In this document: positions 27,484 to 43,189 of the stretch, in pieces
Position numbering within the stretch: position 1 is the stretch's first letter
Layout of the letters: each line of letters begins with the position of its first letter
Source: the human T2T-CHM13v2.0 reference genome, Homo sapiens
NCBI RefSeq assembly: GCF_009914755.1
Contig: NC_060932.1
DNA length: 64,000 nt
Strand: one strand, 5' to 3'
Translations under genes and position numbers: made by a program
The notes under the pieces: model-generated
Told to the model about the DNA's origin: nothing
The model's input: the letters and a program-made list of their open reading frames with translations, nothing else
Databases searched by the model: none

Positions 27484-28770
27484 TTGTATAACTTAGGCTT
27501 AGTTTTCTCCATCCCCTTCTTACCGTAATGAATAGTTATTTACAACTATTGTAGTCTCCATGTTTACTGCATGAAATGCTGATAGCAGCGATTTTAATGG
27601 TAAAATTGTGAAACAATATTCATAGTTGTCAGAAAAAGGTCATTCCATTTGCATTCATTAGAAACCTGGAGGACCGTGCAGTGTGTGTTTCCTTTGGGAT
27701 GGTGCAGCTATTGATTTATATACAGCTGGAGGAAAAATTAATTAGGATTATATTTCACTTATTACTGCAGGCTGTGTAATAAGAAAGAAAAACACTTTTT
27801 GTTAAAAAGTTGAACAGAAAATACCTATATGGAATCATTGTTTCTTAAATCACAACTACTTCATCATATATTTTTTTATAACCTAGTTAAAGGCTTAGCA
27901 TTTGTGGCAATTTAATTAGCACCTTGAAAAATAAGTATTTTAGTACATATCCTATAATAATAATGATAATTTAAATTACGCAAAAAAGACATTTTCCCCT
28001 TGTTAATTGAAACTTTCCCTTCTCTAAACTAAGTCATGTGTATTTGTCTACTGTGAGTTTGCAGGCTTAGGAGGCTTTTTGCCAAAAGAGTTAAATAAAA
28101 AAAACAAAACAGAGACCAGAATCAGGCGAATTATCAGGGTGAAGAAACAGATCCCAGAAATGAGAGTTTTAGATCTAAATATATATTTGGCTTCATATAT
28201 ATTTGACTTCTTTCTATGAACATCATCTATACTTTCTATATGTGACACATGTTTGAGTTTAATCAAATGGTAGCCACTTTTAATTAACAACAGAGAATAA
28301 TTTCAAAATGGGGCAGTCAGATGATAAAAGGTAGTTTTCGTTCAAGACATACTTTATGAATGGAAACACCTGCCTATTGTGATATTTCTAACATGAAAAT
28401 TCTATAACCTCTCCTATTGTCTTTTAGATGTGTAGCATTTAAGAGAAACCTACTGCCTGGCCAGTGGTGAGCAATAAACTGTCGAATCAGCATTTAGGGG
28501 AAATACAATATCCAACAGAGGTCTTTTGATGCCACTATAATAATCTAAAAGTAAAGTGTATAAACTCATTACTACTATTAGAAGTTCATAGGCTTTATGA
28601 AAAGAGCTTATGAAAGGTCATCAAGAAAACAGTATAAATCCGGGTTGCTAGTATATTTTATAGATTAAACATTATCTAGGAAATAATGGCTAGGATTGAA
28701 AAATACAATACGCCCCTCTCCGAACTTTTAAATAGTTTTTCTCAACTATGACCATAAAAATCTATTTCTT

Positions 28771-29104
<334 letters not shown>

Positions 29105-29529
29105 TTAGTGAACATTTTTTCCTTTTCATCTCTTTTTCAAATACTTGGAGCTCTTTCAAGAGAAAGGAGTGTTTACCTTGAGTAATTTGGGACTTTGCTT
29201 TCTAGAGTGATTCATGATATTTTCCATGTTGGCACATTTTGTATTCGTTTGCAAAAATCATATGAGATAATTATAGGAGATTCATTGCAAGCCCTTAGCC
29301 TTTGTAGTGAATCTAGCTTTTTCAGCTTGTTTTTGGGGTAATGCTATGTGCTAAATTAATTAGATAACTAAGAATTATATAAAATCATGGAAGTACAAGG
29401 CTAAAATTTTGAATTACTTTCTTCACTAAAACAAAATGACCAGATCTATATTTCTTAGGAAAATTTATTAATCAAGCTGTATATTGGTTCACAATTTATT
29501 GAAAAGGTAGTATTTTAAAGATATTGTTT

Positions 29530-30010
29530 TCATAGGTTGTGAGAAACACAAAAGATAACTCAGATATGGTTCTTCACCATGAAGTGCTCATAAACTAGTA
29601 GGGAAAATTTCATGGAAAAAGGTGTTCACAAAACTGGATAATATGTAATATGTTACTTAAGCATAAAAGAAAATCATGTATAAAACAACGAGTGACATCT
29701 TCCTTTCAGAATGGTTATTAAAGAAGAAATAATTGGGAATTATGTTTTCAAAATGGGTAAATATTTGACAGAGTATTTTTCATGGACAGAAGGCTAAAGA
29801 GCAAAATCACAATGATGAGAAAGTACATGTTTTTTTGCTCTAGAAAATGGTAAATCATTTCCTAGAGAATATTTAAATGACTAGACAGGCAAGTTGAAAC
29901 CACAATTGGGGGAGTCTTCTATACTAGATTTAGGAATTTACAATTTGCTTAGATGTAATAGAGAGATTATGAAGAGTCATTAGCAGGGAAGCATATATGA
30001 TCATAGTAAT
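29530..30010 (-). mobile_element. L2 fragment
   Basis: Degenerate L2 motifs ('ggaatttacaatttgcttagatgtaatagagagattatgaagagtcattagcagggaagcatatatgatc'). Confidence 0.5.
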
Positions 30011-30629
30011 GGCAGAGAAGGAATAGTCTTACTTTCTCTTTTCCCTGAACACTTCACCTGGCTTTTTCCCAATCATTCTTAGAAATTGACTTTTAGTTTA
30101 GCTCCCACCTATGCCTGCCTCCTCACCCATTCCAGAATGAACTATTATCTCACATACTCTGTGCTTGCATGGCACCAAATGAATGCTCTATTATATAGTG
30201 TGCATCCCACCTTACTATGCCTAGTGGTGTAATAATAAAGCCCATTTCCCCCACTGCATGGGTTCACGTTCATTGTTATCTTCCTGAACCATTGTAGGCA
30301 CTGACATCTTTTCTTAGAGGTTAGATTAGTAGCGTATGAAGAGAATGAATTTAGCTCTGTGTCTGGTCCAATCTGTTTCTCTTCACTGTAAAACATGCTG
30401 AAATGCTGGCCTGACCCCTAGCATCTTTTGAGAATAATTTCAGACAATGCATCTATGAGTGGGAGAAATGGATTGGGTAAATGGAAGCTTTATTGAGGTA
30501 ACCAGACATGCTAGATGGCAAAAAATTCTGAAATAAGTGTGCTGACAATTTTGTTTTGAGTATTTGGTGGGAGAAAAAAAGGAAGACAGATAGAGTATAG
30601 TAGTAAATTAAAAGGTGTGAGATCTCAAA

Positions 30630-30835
30630 AATCTTTTGAGATTTATTGCATGGCATGGTGACTATAGTTAGTTATAATGTATTACACTTTCTAAATTGCT
30701 AAGAGAGTAAATTTCAAATGTTCTTACCACAAAAATGATAAATATTTGAGGTAATAGATATGCTAATTAGATTGATTTAGTCATTCCACATTGTATACAT
30801 ATATTATAACAACACTTCGTACTCCATAATGCATA
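30630..30835 (+). mobile_element. L1MA 3' end fragment
   Basis: 'gcatggtgactatagttag...aaattgctaagagagtaaatttcaaatgttcttaccacaaaaatgataaatatttgaggtaatagatatg'. Confidence 0.85.
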
Positions 30836-31299
30836 CAATACAAAAAGGGGTGAGAGAAGACTAGGTCCTTATGCAACGTAGACTTGAACTTGAGGATATA
30901 CAGAAAATAAAGAGCCAGTGGGCATGGATGATACAAGAAATAAACTAGGTAATTGATAGAGCAAGATATTAAAAGATGTAGCAGATATGTATGACATGTA
31001 AAGACATACTTAGAGGGATCTCCTTTACATTTGAGAACAGGCAAGGGTGGGTGATAGGGATGTAGGAAAAACTTGAGGGCATCTCAGGAAAATGAGAATG
31101 TCATTTGAAATAAAATCTTCTAATAAAACTAGTAAGATAGGGATTTGGAGTACTTTGAGCAGGATTGTGAAAAACTGGTAAAACTATTGAGGGAAGATGA
31201 GAAGGCAGCATTACTAAGTTGTGCTTAAGGAAATTTACATTCTCAATATGTTGAGCATTTATTGGACAAAGATAACCAGGTTAAAATGAATTTGAAAAT

Positions 31300-31445
31300 G
31301 TTAAATTCATTTAACAACTATTTATTTAGGTCCTACTATGTGCCTAATGCTGATCTAACCCCTATGCAGGAACATCAAATAAAACAACAAAGTTCCTGCC
31401 CTCAAGGAGGTTATATCCTAGTGGGCAGTCAGATAAAAAAAATAT
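31300..31445 (-). mobile_element. L2 3' fragment
   Basis: 'ttcatttaacaactatttatttaggtcctactatgtgcc...cctgccctcaaggaggttatatcctagtggg'. Confidence 0.7.
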
Positions 31446-34400
31446 GAAAAATATGTTAAATTTAAATATATAAATCATATATTGTGTTATATAAATTATA
31501 TGTATTATACTTAAATTATATATATACACATATATATTAGACAGTATAGGCTATATCTTTCATGGATTTTATCATTTTTTCTTTATATTAAAAGAGACTT
31601 GGCTATCAAAAATGTGAAAGCACTTGGATGGCGCAGCTTTCTCCAGTTCTGAGAACATTTTTTGTTCAGGAATCTATTATCTTTTTATGATTTGCCTGCT
31701 TTCTGAAGACTGGAGAAGGGGACATTTTAAGGGCTGTGATAAAAACTCTGGGAACTTTATAACAATGAATACAAGGCTAGTAGAATACATGTCCAAACTA
31801 CAGTTGCACTTTTCCTTTCAGACACCTTACATTCTTTCTCTTCTTTTAATTTTGAGATTTGTCCTGGATCTTTTCTTTTGGCCCTCCTCTTGACTCTTGA
31901 TCACATTGACAGCTTCACTTACAGGAATGACTGAAGTGGGAGAGTCATTGAGCTATCTAATATAGGCACCAAAGATCCTCTCCCTCCCATGTTTGTTCTG
32001 CTCCTGGAAAAGTTAAATTAATCCAATTTATATGTTAAAATTATTCTATCCTTTATCATGGTTGCCGCTAAATCTCTCTACTTTCCTGGAATCATGAAGC
32101 TGAGTTAGTGTCTCTTGCACTGTCATGCCATCTGGGCATCTTCCTTTCACTTTATTCCAATAACACTTAGCAGAGGTGGATTCAAACTAGTGGTGACTTC
32201 CAGACATCTGGGCTATTCTTGATTTTAATTAAGGTAAAAGGGGAGCCCAGGCTGATGTAGCATAATTAACTGGACAACATCTCAAAAGAACTTGGAAGTA
32301 TACACTCAGAGACCAATTAATTTAATTTTCTAAAGAAAAACATGTTTAAAAGAATAAAGCAAGTACAAATACAGACCCAAGAGAGGCTTTAGACTTAAAT
32401 ATCACAGTTCACAGTAAAGATTGTTGCTATGACATGTTGCCTTACCCATCTACCTAATTGAAGTCATGTTTTTATTTGCTAATATACCAACTGCTGATGG
32501 AGAAATTTGTTTCTGTTTGTTTGAGTTTGCTTTCTCCTCCTCACTCTAGAGCCTGATGTGTCCTTTTTTATGACCTTGGAAATGTTCCCAATTTCATCCA
32601 ATCATTCACTTAATTGAACATTATCTGATTACCTCCCCACCTGGGCAGGAGACCTCCAAACACTGTAAATATTCATATGCTTCAAATGTAAGTGAAGGTC
32701 AAACTCATACATAACTGAACACCTTTATCCAGAGCATCACAGATGTCTCATTTCTACAAAATATATGTTGGAAGCTACAAATATGAATGAATGAACTCTC
32801 CACAGCTTACTGCCATGTAAACTTGAAAGTCTTGTGATACCCAATAGCAAATCCAAGTGTGGAGACAATAAATATGTTGATGACACTTGAGTAATCAAAT
32901 AATCAAATATTGTAAGAGAGGCTATATCTTACTGAAGCCTGAACTAAGGTGAAATTATTAGAAAAAGAGAGACTCTAATGAGAATTCAAAATAGCATAAT
33001 AATTAAATATATGGCTTCTCATTTAGTGAGGACTCAATGTGTGCCAGGCTTTATACTGATTGTTTATTTGGAATATTAAAATGGGAAAAACTTTAAGAGG
33101 GGAGACTCATCCTGTTCCACCATGCTGACCAGATACTTCTGAGGGAACAGTGGATGCATGACCTATTTTGGAAAAAATAGGAACTCAACTGAAAGAGCCA
33201 TAGAGACAAATTTAAGAGCCCAGAATAATTGTGTCAAATCATCAGCCTTAATTATTTTGGAGAAAACAAGTAGGTAGGTCTTTATATCCTTGAAGTTCAA
33301 ATAGAGTTGTGCTTCCTTTATGACCTTACACAGCTGGGTTAGTTTGTTCTCTAAAGGTGTTTTTAGGTAAACTTACTTTTAGTCTCAAACTATGCACTCA
33401 AACACGAATTCGTCAGGATTTCTGGTCTAATTTCCCACTTTGGAAGCATTGTGTCAAGAAACAAAAAGAAAATTTTGAAATAAAATATCCTCTGTTGGAA
33501 TAAATGGATTTCTCCTATTCATGAAGTCTCTACTGCCCTCCGACCTTCAAGATGCTTTTTGCTAGTGAGACAATCACATTAGCCTGGTGTGGCAAAAAGG
33601 AGACACTTTGGGAACACAATATTTGGCATGGAACAACTTTTAGTTTTTTCCCTGATGAGTCTGGAAGCCTAAGGCTACTTTTAAACTCAACTGTATAACT
33701 CTAGAGAAGTAAATGTGCCATGGTACTAAGCCCATTGTTAAAGGGAACTTATAGTAGTATGTAACAAATGGCCACAAAAGGAAGAGAAGGAGGAAGTAGG
33801 GCTGGAAAAAAATCAAACAAAAATGCCAACTTGTATTTCTATTGCATGTTAGCCTCCTATATACATTGGAATTTTAGTTTGGATTATCCAAACAGAATAG
33901 GAATATATATCAATATCCTAGGCTTGCAGGAGGTCACATTGAAAATAGAGAAAGTCTGTGAACTACAAGTCTAGTGGTGGATCTGGGACTGGAATACTGA
34001 TTTTCTGACTAACCTGGGGATTCTTCTAATTAGGAGTTCTATTGAATGAAATCTGAGTATTATAAAAGTGTCTTTAGAAAACGATTCTATATTTCCATTT
34101 CGCATAACTTAGTATGAATGTGAGAATTGAAGTTCAGCAGATAAGCAGCAAGAATGTAACATGCAAAGCAATTCTTACCCTCTGGTGAATATTTCATGTA
34201 TGTTTTCTGTGCTTTAGGTTAAAGTAAATTTTTGCTCATGCAAGAAATAAATTTTGCTTAGGTAAAATGTAGTGTATTATTTTTCTTCCTATAATTAATA
34301 AGTGGCCTTGAGGGAACAAAATTGCTGAGTAGTATGATAAAGCACTTGTTAATGTAGATTTGTTTATCCAAAACATATTTATTTTTTTCTGAAATAAAAA

Positions 34401-34934
34401 CCTCTTTAGCCAAATGGTAGCACATAGTTAATTTATTTTTCCCCTTTTAAATATCAGACCATGTAAATTACACTGTAACACTCAAAATTGAGCTTGGCAG
34501 GGCTCAGGAGAAATGCTGCTCTGCACAAAAGAAGCTTTTAGATAAGTAGGCTCAAATGTTCTTAGTTGGATTTGACCGCATCAGATAAATGAACAGAACA
34601 CCTTACTTATATAGGAAGTAGACTAAAGATGAACAAAGTGTTCTTTTCAATAGTAATACAGGACCTATTCTTAATATCAGACCATGTAAATTATTTCAAC
34701 AGCTATAGATTATACCAGTAAGCACATCATAATGCTACAGTTACAATTTGTAAATGTGGTGATAAAAAAAGTATATTTTACTGTACATACTTGTAAACAC
34801 TATGTATGGTAATCTCCACATAAAATTCAGTTTTGTTTATTAAAAATATTTAAAATTTAAATATGGAAAAACCAATTTGTTTTCTTTAAAAACCATGGAG
34901 TAACCACTCATCTAATTGAGTAACACCTCTTGAT

Positions 34935-35135
34935 GGACTGCTGAGGCAAACAGACCTGAGTTTGAATCCTTATAAACTATTGCCACCTTGAACAAATTAT
35001 TTTACTTCTAAGACTCAGCATTTTCATCTGTAATTTGGAGATAATAATGTCTTCCTTCTAGGGCTGTTAGGAGAGGGCAGACAATTCTGTAGAGGGCATG
35101 CACTCTGCCTGACATGTTGTGGTTCTCAATAATCG
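34935..35135 (+). mobile_element. MIR SINE
   Basis: 'cagacctgagtttgaatcc...ccttgaacaaattattttacttctaagactcagcattttcatctgtaa'. Confidence 0.75.
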
Positions 35136-35811
35136 GTAGACACTCTCAACCTAGACAATTTTTATTGTCAGATAAAGGATGCTACAAATTTTCTAATAAC
35201 AGCAACTCCACCATTATCCTCTGTATTGGGACATGATGGATACAAGATTAAACAGGTTAATATATTTGGAGAATATTGCCCTTATTTGTGCCTTGATAAA
35301 TGGATATAAAGTAGTACCCGGCAACTACCAAAGGAAGATTTTTGTGGTAAGTTTCAACAGCACATGGATTATTGCCTGGCTCCGGCCCTCAAGAATACAG
35401 AGGATTTCCTCCAAAGCTCAACAGCATCATATGTGAAATATTATTAATATCTGTGGAGAAAAGAAACATTTGTTTTTGGGGGATTGCCTAGAACTATTCC
35501 CTTCAAATTTGCAGTCTCTACAAATTTAGTATTTTTCAAACTACTTTATGTATAGTTAGTTTTAACATAATCCCCGTAAGAAAAAAGAAAGTGATTAATT
35601 TGCTACTGACAAGAGTTCACATTCTTTTTGTTTTTTCTCAGAGGATGCATCTGCTTTCTATTCTGAACATGGTTCTACTTACAATCTAATTTCCCTACCC
35701 TACACTGCTCTATTCTTTTCTAAGTCTGAGTCTGCATTTTAGGCCAATCATCAATAGTACAGGAAGAGAAGACTTAGAAATTGAAGGCTACAGATATACA
35801 TACTAGTCTCA

Positions 35812-35875
35812 TTATATATATGTGTGTGTGCATGTGTGTGTGAGTGTGTGTGTATACATATATACATATGTATAT
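35812..35875. repeat. (TG)n/(TA)n microsatellite
   Basis: Seen directly. Confidence 0.85.
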
Positions 35876-37829
35876 CAGGATAGGTGCTTCATGTTTTTTA
35901 AGCATGCAATTCTATGGTTTAGGCTTTTCCTAATAATTTCCTGAGATAGCTATGAATTACTGTCTCCATATGAAGTGTGATATTTGTCATCTAATGACAA
36001 ATGGTTGAATTATTTAAGCACTATTGTTCAAACTTTGCCCCTTTCACTTGGTCTTGGATTGTATTTTACTCAGATGCATGAATGAAGACTTTGAAGAAAA
36101 AAAAAAACTTTCAAGCTGTGTTATGTTTAACTACCCAAATGTCAATGTGAATAGTTATTAAATGAAGATCTATAATAAACGATATGCCATTTAAAGAAAT
36201 ATAACCTATGTTAAAACTAAATTCAAGTTAAGATTCCATCTTCATGTTAACTTAGTGAGTTTAAGTTATCTTGCAATGTTATCCTATTCCCTAGAAAACC
36301 ACTAAGGATGCTATTCATATCATATTCAATAATATGTATATTCTATCATAAATTGGAGTTAGAAGGCTTGGGGAGGTTTAACTCTCGGAAGCAGCTCTAT
36401 TTTTGAGGTTAGTGCATTTGGTTGAAGACTCTAGTTTCTCTTTCTTCTCTTTATAAATCAAATCTTTAATAAGGAACTTAGCAACCTATTTTTTTTTACT
36501 GTTTAGCATAGAAAACCTTAATGAAAAGATTAGTACAAAAGATGAATCATCATACCTCAGAACAGAATCATAAACCTAAGAATTACAAAGAGCAAAATCA
36601 ATTTAGACTCATTTTTAACTGATGGTTTCTGAATGTTATTTTCATCTATTGTATTTATTCTGAACATTTATCTATTATATTTCTAGAATCATTGGTAACA
36701 TTTTAAATATACAACATTGAACCTACATTAACATAAGTATGTAATATGTCTTAACAAAATGCTATTGGAAACTTTCATACATCATATAACACAATCTTAA
36801 TGTCAGCATCTAACAACGGAACTGAAGTTTCAGAGAGATGATTCAACTCTGCTAATGTCACATAGCTGATAAACCTCAGGTTAGAATTTTAAATCCAGGA
36901 TTTCTAACTTCAAGACCAGCATTCACCCAATTCTGTTATGTTTGAATTTTACAATATTATGACATATCTCTTTATATTATACTTTATTTTTATTATGCTT
37001 TGAAGATATTGCATTTTTTAATAAATTGAAGTTTTATGGCAACGCTGGGTTGAGCAAACCTATCAGTGCCATTTTTCCAACAGCATGTGCTCAAATCATG
37101 TGTCTGGCACATTTGAGTAATCTTCACTGTATTTCAATTTTTTTATTATTATTAAATCTGTTATGGTGATCTTTGATTAGTAGTCTTAGATGTTACTATT
37201 GTAATTGTTTGGGGGCACCAGGAACCACATACATGTATGTTGGAAGACTTAGTCAACAAATGTTTAGTGGTTGGTGTTGTGACCACTACCAATCAGTGCT
37301 TTTCCTGTCCCTCTCTTATCCTTTCCAGGCTATTTTCTGAGACACAATATTATTAAAATTAGGCCTACTAATAATGCTACAATAGACCCCAAGTGTTCAA
37401 CTGAAAGACAGAGTCAAATATCTCTCACTTTAAATCAAAATTTAGAAATAATTACACTTAGTGAGGAAGACATGTCAAAAGCTGAGATTGCCCAAAAGCC
37501 AGGCCTCTTGTGTCAAGTAGCTGAGTTGTGAATGCAAAAGAAAAGCTCTTCAATGAAATTAAAAGTGATATTTCAGTGAGCATATGAGTAATAAAAGAGT
37601 GAAACAGCTTCATTACTGATATAAAGAAAGTTTGAGTGGTCTGGATAGATCCAAGCAGCCACGACATTCCCTTATGCTAAAGCCTAATCCAGAGCAAGGT
37701 CCTTACTCTCTTCAGTTCTATGAAGGCTGAGAGATGTGGAAGCTGCAGAAGGAAAAGTGTGAAACTGGCAGAGATTGGTTCATGAGTTTAAGGCAGAAAG
37801 GTGTCTCCATAACATAAAAGTAAAAGGTG

Positions 37830-38219
<390 letters not shown>

Positions 38220-38547
38220 TTAAGATCATTGACGAAGGTGGCTACACTACATAGCAGATTTTTAATGTAGATAAAACAGTCTTATATTGTAAGAAGATGC
38301 AATCTAGGACTTTCAAAGCTAGAGAGGAGAAATTAATAGCTAGCTTCAAAACTGATTCTCTTGTAAGGTGCTAATGAGCTGGGGACTCTAAGTGGAAGCC
38401 AATGCTAATTTACCAATCTGAAAATCCTAAGGCTCTTAAGAATTTTGCTCACTCTACTCTGTCTGTGCTCTAGAAATGGAACAACAAAGCCTGACTAGAT
38501 AGTACGGGCATTTACAGCATGTATTTTAAGCCCATGTTTGAGAACTA

Positions 38548-38905
<358 letters not shown>

Positions 38906-41189
38906 TCACCCAAGAGCTGTGATAGAAATGTGCAAGGAGAATACTGTTGTTTTCATGCCTGCTAATACAACATCCATTCTGCAGTCTATGGATTAAGGAA
39001 TAATTTAAACTTTCAATTCTTCTTATTTAAGAACTGCATTTCATGAGACTATAGCTGCCAGAGATAGGAATTTATCTGATGGATCTGGGCAAAATCAATT
39101 GAAAACCTTCAGGAAAGTATTCACCACTCTAAATGCCATTAATGATATTTATGATTCATGAAAAGAAGTCAAAATATCAACATGAACAAGAGTTTGGAAG
39201 AAGTTGATTCTAACCCTCATGGATGACTTTAATGGGTTTAAAACTTCAATACAGAAAGCAACTGCAAATGTGTTGGAAATAGCAAGAGAACTAGAATTAG
39301 GAGTGGAGCCGCAAGATATGACTGAATTGCTGTAATCTCATGATAAAATTTGAACAAATGAGGACTTGCTTCTCATGATTGAGAAAAGCAAGTGGTTTCT
39401 GAGATGAAATCCGCTCCTGGTGAAGACACTGTGAATATTGCTGAAATGACAACAAAGGATTTAGGATATTCCATAAATTTAGCTGCTAAATCAGGCAGAT
39501 CTGAGAGTATTGACTTCAATTTTGAGAAAAGTTCTACTGTGGGCAAAATGATCTCAGACAGCATCATAAGCTACAGATAGACTTTTCATGAAAGGAAGAG
39601 TTCAATGATGTGGCAAACTTCATTGTCGTCATATTTTAAGTCATTGCCACTGCCACCCCAACCTTCAACAATCACCTCTCTGATCAGTCTGCAACCATTA
39701 ACCTGGAGGCAAAGCCTGCTACCAGCAAAAAAAAAAAAAAAAAAAAAAACAAAAAACAAAACAAAAAAAAAAAAACAACAACTAAGACTCACTGAAGGCT
39801 GAGATGAAAATAAGCAATTTTTAGCAATCAAGTATTTTTAAAATTGTGATACATTCCTGTTTTATTAGACATAAATGTATGTACACTTAATATACTGAAG
39901 TATAGTGTAAACAACTTTTATAAGCATTGGGAAATCAAAACATTTATGTGACTTGCTTTTATGAAACATTTGCTTTCTTGTGATAGTCTGGACCAAACCC
40001 ACAATATCTCTGGGGTATGCATGTATAAGATTTAATTGAATTTTGAAAAAAAAATAAAACTGGTATATTCTTCATTAGTCTTGGTAGTCTCTCTCAATGA
40101 CTAAAACCAATTATCCGTATTGTTATTTAGCTCCCCAAGGGAAGAGACCATTGTTTTTTTTCTCTCTGTATATTCTCAGAATCTAATACAGTGTCCTGCA
40201 TGATTAGGCATGGGTAACTGTTGACTCAAATGGACAGAGACAATTCTTCAAACCAAGTGTATGACAAACTTCTAATTGTTGTCCCAACAGGCATATCTAA
40301 TAAGTCTAATTTTTCCAGAAATAGAAGTCCTTATTCATTCTATTTCAATTTCCTGTTTCTGTTTCATTTTAATATATCCGTTTTTTTTCTCTTTTTAAAT
40401 CATCTCACCCAGGATATGCTTCAGCCAAATATATTGGGCTTACTCTAAGAAATAGTAACACGTCATGAAATTTTTCTTGTGAGTTATAATTTCATATTTC
40501 TTTCTTTACAGATAGAGGTCAAATTAAAAAATATTAATAAAGCTATAGTAAGACTTGTGACAGTCTGATAAGTAATGAAGAATGTTTATTCTTTGTCCTA
40601 TATTCTATGTACTATAGTGTTGTATGTAGTAGAGTCTATGAGATGGAAAATTAGAAAACTAAATCTCAAAATAACTTTACAGAAAAAAAATCTAAGGGAA
40701 TCAACTGACAAGATAATCTTTAATTTTACAAAATATATTCATTATATAAATTCCCCATAGCATTACTTTTCATTATACTCTTAAAACACTAAGAAGCTTT
40801 TAGGACAGATGAGTCTAACATTCATCTGAAGATACCATAGATACTGATAATTATAAAATAATTCATTTCATGCATAAACTGCTAAATGTAAGTGCCTTCT
40901 ACTTTGTTTGAGAAAACAGGAAGATTCTTTCTGATGGTATTTGAGGAGATTAGATTTTTCTATAAATTCAGATGAATTAGATACATTCTTAAAAGTAGCT
41001 TATTCACAACACTTTTGTCCCACAGTTGATAACCATAAAAACATAATTGCATCTGTTTATCTAAATACATATAGGAAATACATATGCTACTGAGTTGTTG
41101 ACATTATCAGATAAATCATAGCATCCTAATCAAATAAAGACCAGATATATATGTTGGCAACAGCTAGGCTTCCTAAAAGACTATCTGCA

Positions 41190-41480
41190 AATATTTATTG
41201 ACCCTTTCTATATAGCAGATACCTTTGAAGATCATAGAGGGATGTAGCAGAAAACTAAACAGGCAAAAATATTTCTGTTCCTTATGGAGCTTACATCAAA
41301 CTAAAGAGATATATACAATATAAAATTATGTATTTCCACATGTGATGAATTTTGCAAGGGAAAAGCATGTTGTGTAGTAAAAGTGTATATAAAAAGAGCT
41401 TAAACTTGACTGGAGAGTCTCATTTAATTTAAAGGAAATGTTAATGATAATTCAGATTTAAAGTACAAGAAGTTTCTTCT
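41190..41480 (-). mobile_element. L2 fragment
   Basis: 'aaatatttattgaccc...ctgttccttatggagcttacat'. Confidence 0.55.
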
Positions 41481-42070
41481 CAAGATTTAAAGTACATGTT
41501 TCTTCAAGGGTCATCCTGAGTACTGCTAGAATGAATATTTCTTTTTTGTTTGGAAGTTATTTGAGGGATATTGTCTCACATCCCTGACAAATATTTAGAT
41601 ACCTGTTTTTAAAAATAAAATGCATAATATCACATGTTGGAAATTATAAAAATGACTTTCAAATCCCTCTCTTCTTTCCATAGGAAAATAAATACGAGCC
41701 TCAGCATGTCGATTCTGTACAGATTTGCAAGTGTAGACCAAGGACTATTAGCACAAATGACAAGAAATATCTAAGAAAATCTCATGAATGTTCATTAAGA
41801 AACATGGTCACATAGGTCTTCTCATCTTTTGAATAAATAAAGCATATGAAAAACTGATATGTCAGCCACACGAGTCAACAACACTCTAACCAGAAAAACT
41901 GTATATAGCCTTCGCATGTACTGATTACACAAAACAAATACTACCAAAATTTGCATGTGACTAGTATGTAAACATTTTATCGGTTTTTCTTTTCCAAATG
42001 ACATAATTACATTGTATTTTGAAACCAGATTAAAGTATATTACCCATGATGGTATCTTTGCAAAAACAGT

Positions 42071-42424
42071 TGTCTTAAATTGGATTCTGAGATAGAGAGT
42101 TGTGTGTAGGTCTGTAGGGAGTGTTCTTGGGAAATACAGGAAGGTGGGACTGGGGAGGGGTGGGTCCAGCTAACTCCAATCTTGATGCCACAAAAGCATC
42201 AACTGATCCCTAGAGGAGCTCTGGAGATGTCTCAAATTGAGGAAAAGAGACACAGCCATTATATCTCCATGTCAGCCAGGCTTTGGCTCCTGAAAGGGGT
42301 CATAATCTTGCATGATTCCCAGAGTGGGGTCTCAAATGGGAGACGTCAGCCATTTATGAACATTCCTAGCAGCTGGAGGATGGATGCTGATCCCTACAGA
42401 GGGGATTTGGTGGAGCACTACATT
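42071..42424 (-). mobile_element. ERVL LTR16-type solo LTR
   Basis: 'ctgagatagagagttgtgtgtagg...ggagtgttcttggg...ctgatccctagaggagctctggag...aaattgagg' resembles LTR16C. Confidence 0.6.
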
Positions 42425-42714
42425 GTTCTCTATAATCATACACCATTATGAAATATATAATCTAATTTAGAGGAAATTCTGTCACTTCAAATGCAAATTC
42501 ATTGCACATATCAACTTTTTTTAATCTTCAAAGTGCATGTCTCATTTACTTAGATTTCTACCATAAAAAGATTTGTCTAAAAATGTTAACTATTAAACAC
42601 TCTCACCTATTAGTAATAAAACAACTTAGGAAATTAATAATTAAGAAATAAAACAGATGCTAAATGGACAAAACAGATAGCATAATAACAAAAATGTAAA
42701 GGAGCAGACAATTT

Positions 42715-42890
42715 CATAAAGTGCTTTCACTTAATAAAATATTATTTCATTTGGTACTCAAACAAAATACAGAATTTATATAGTAATTTCCATTTTGATA
42801 ATGAAGACATTGAAGCACAAGAAGATAAGGCAACTTAACCAAGGTAAGTGACAGGAACTTGAATTAAACCATCTATTTTGATATCAGATA
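42715..42890 (-). mobile_element. MIR fragment
   Basis: 'ccattttgataatgaagacattgaagcacaagaagataaggcaacttaaccaagg'. Confidence 0.6.
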
Positions 42891-43189
42891 ACCATGGGAA
42901 GTAATAATTCCTTTGATACATAGTATTGAGGCAGAGGCAGGGCCAGTTGTATCAGGAGCCAAATCTCTAAGTTTCTAGGTAGTGTGTTTCAACCTGTTGA
43001 ATGTGAACACATTTTTAATGAATGCATATTCAGCTTAAATGTGAAAACCATAAAATCTAAGTCTATCAATATTTTTTAAAATGTCTTAAATATCAACTAG
43101 ATAATATTAAAATTTCACATTAAGGTAAGTTTGATTTTTTTCAAAATCAATAAATTTTTCAGTCCCAAATTCTTAAAGACAGTTATGTC

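Noticed and set aside
40490-40580. Strong + strand acceptor (ttctttctttacag)
   Set aside because: No meaningful reading frame or clear donor follows.
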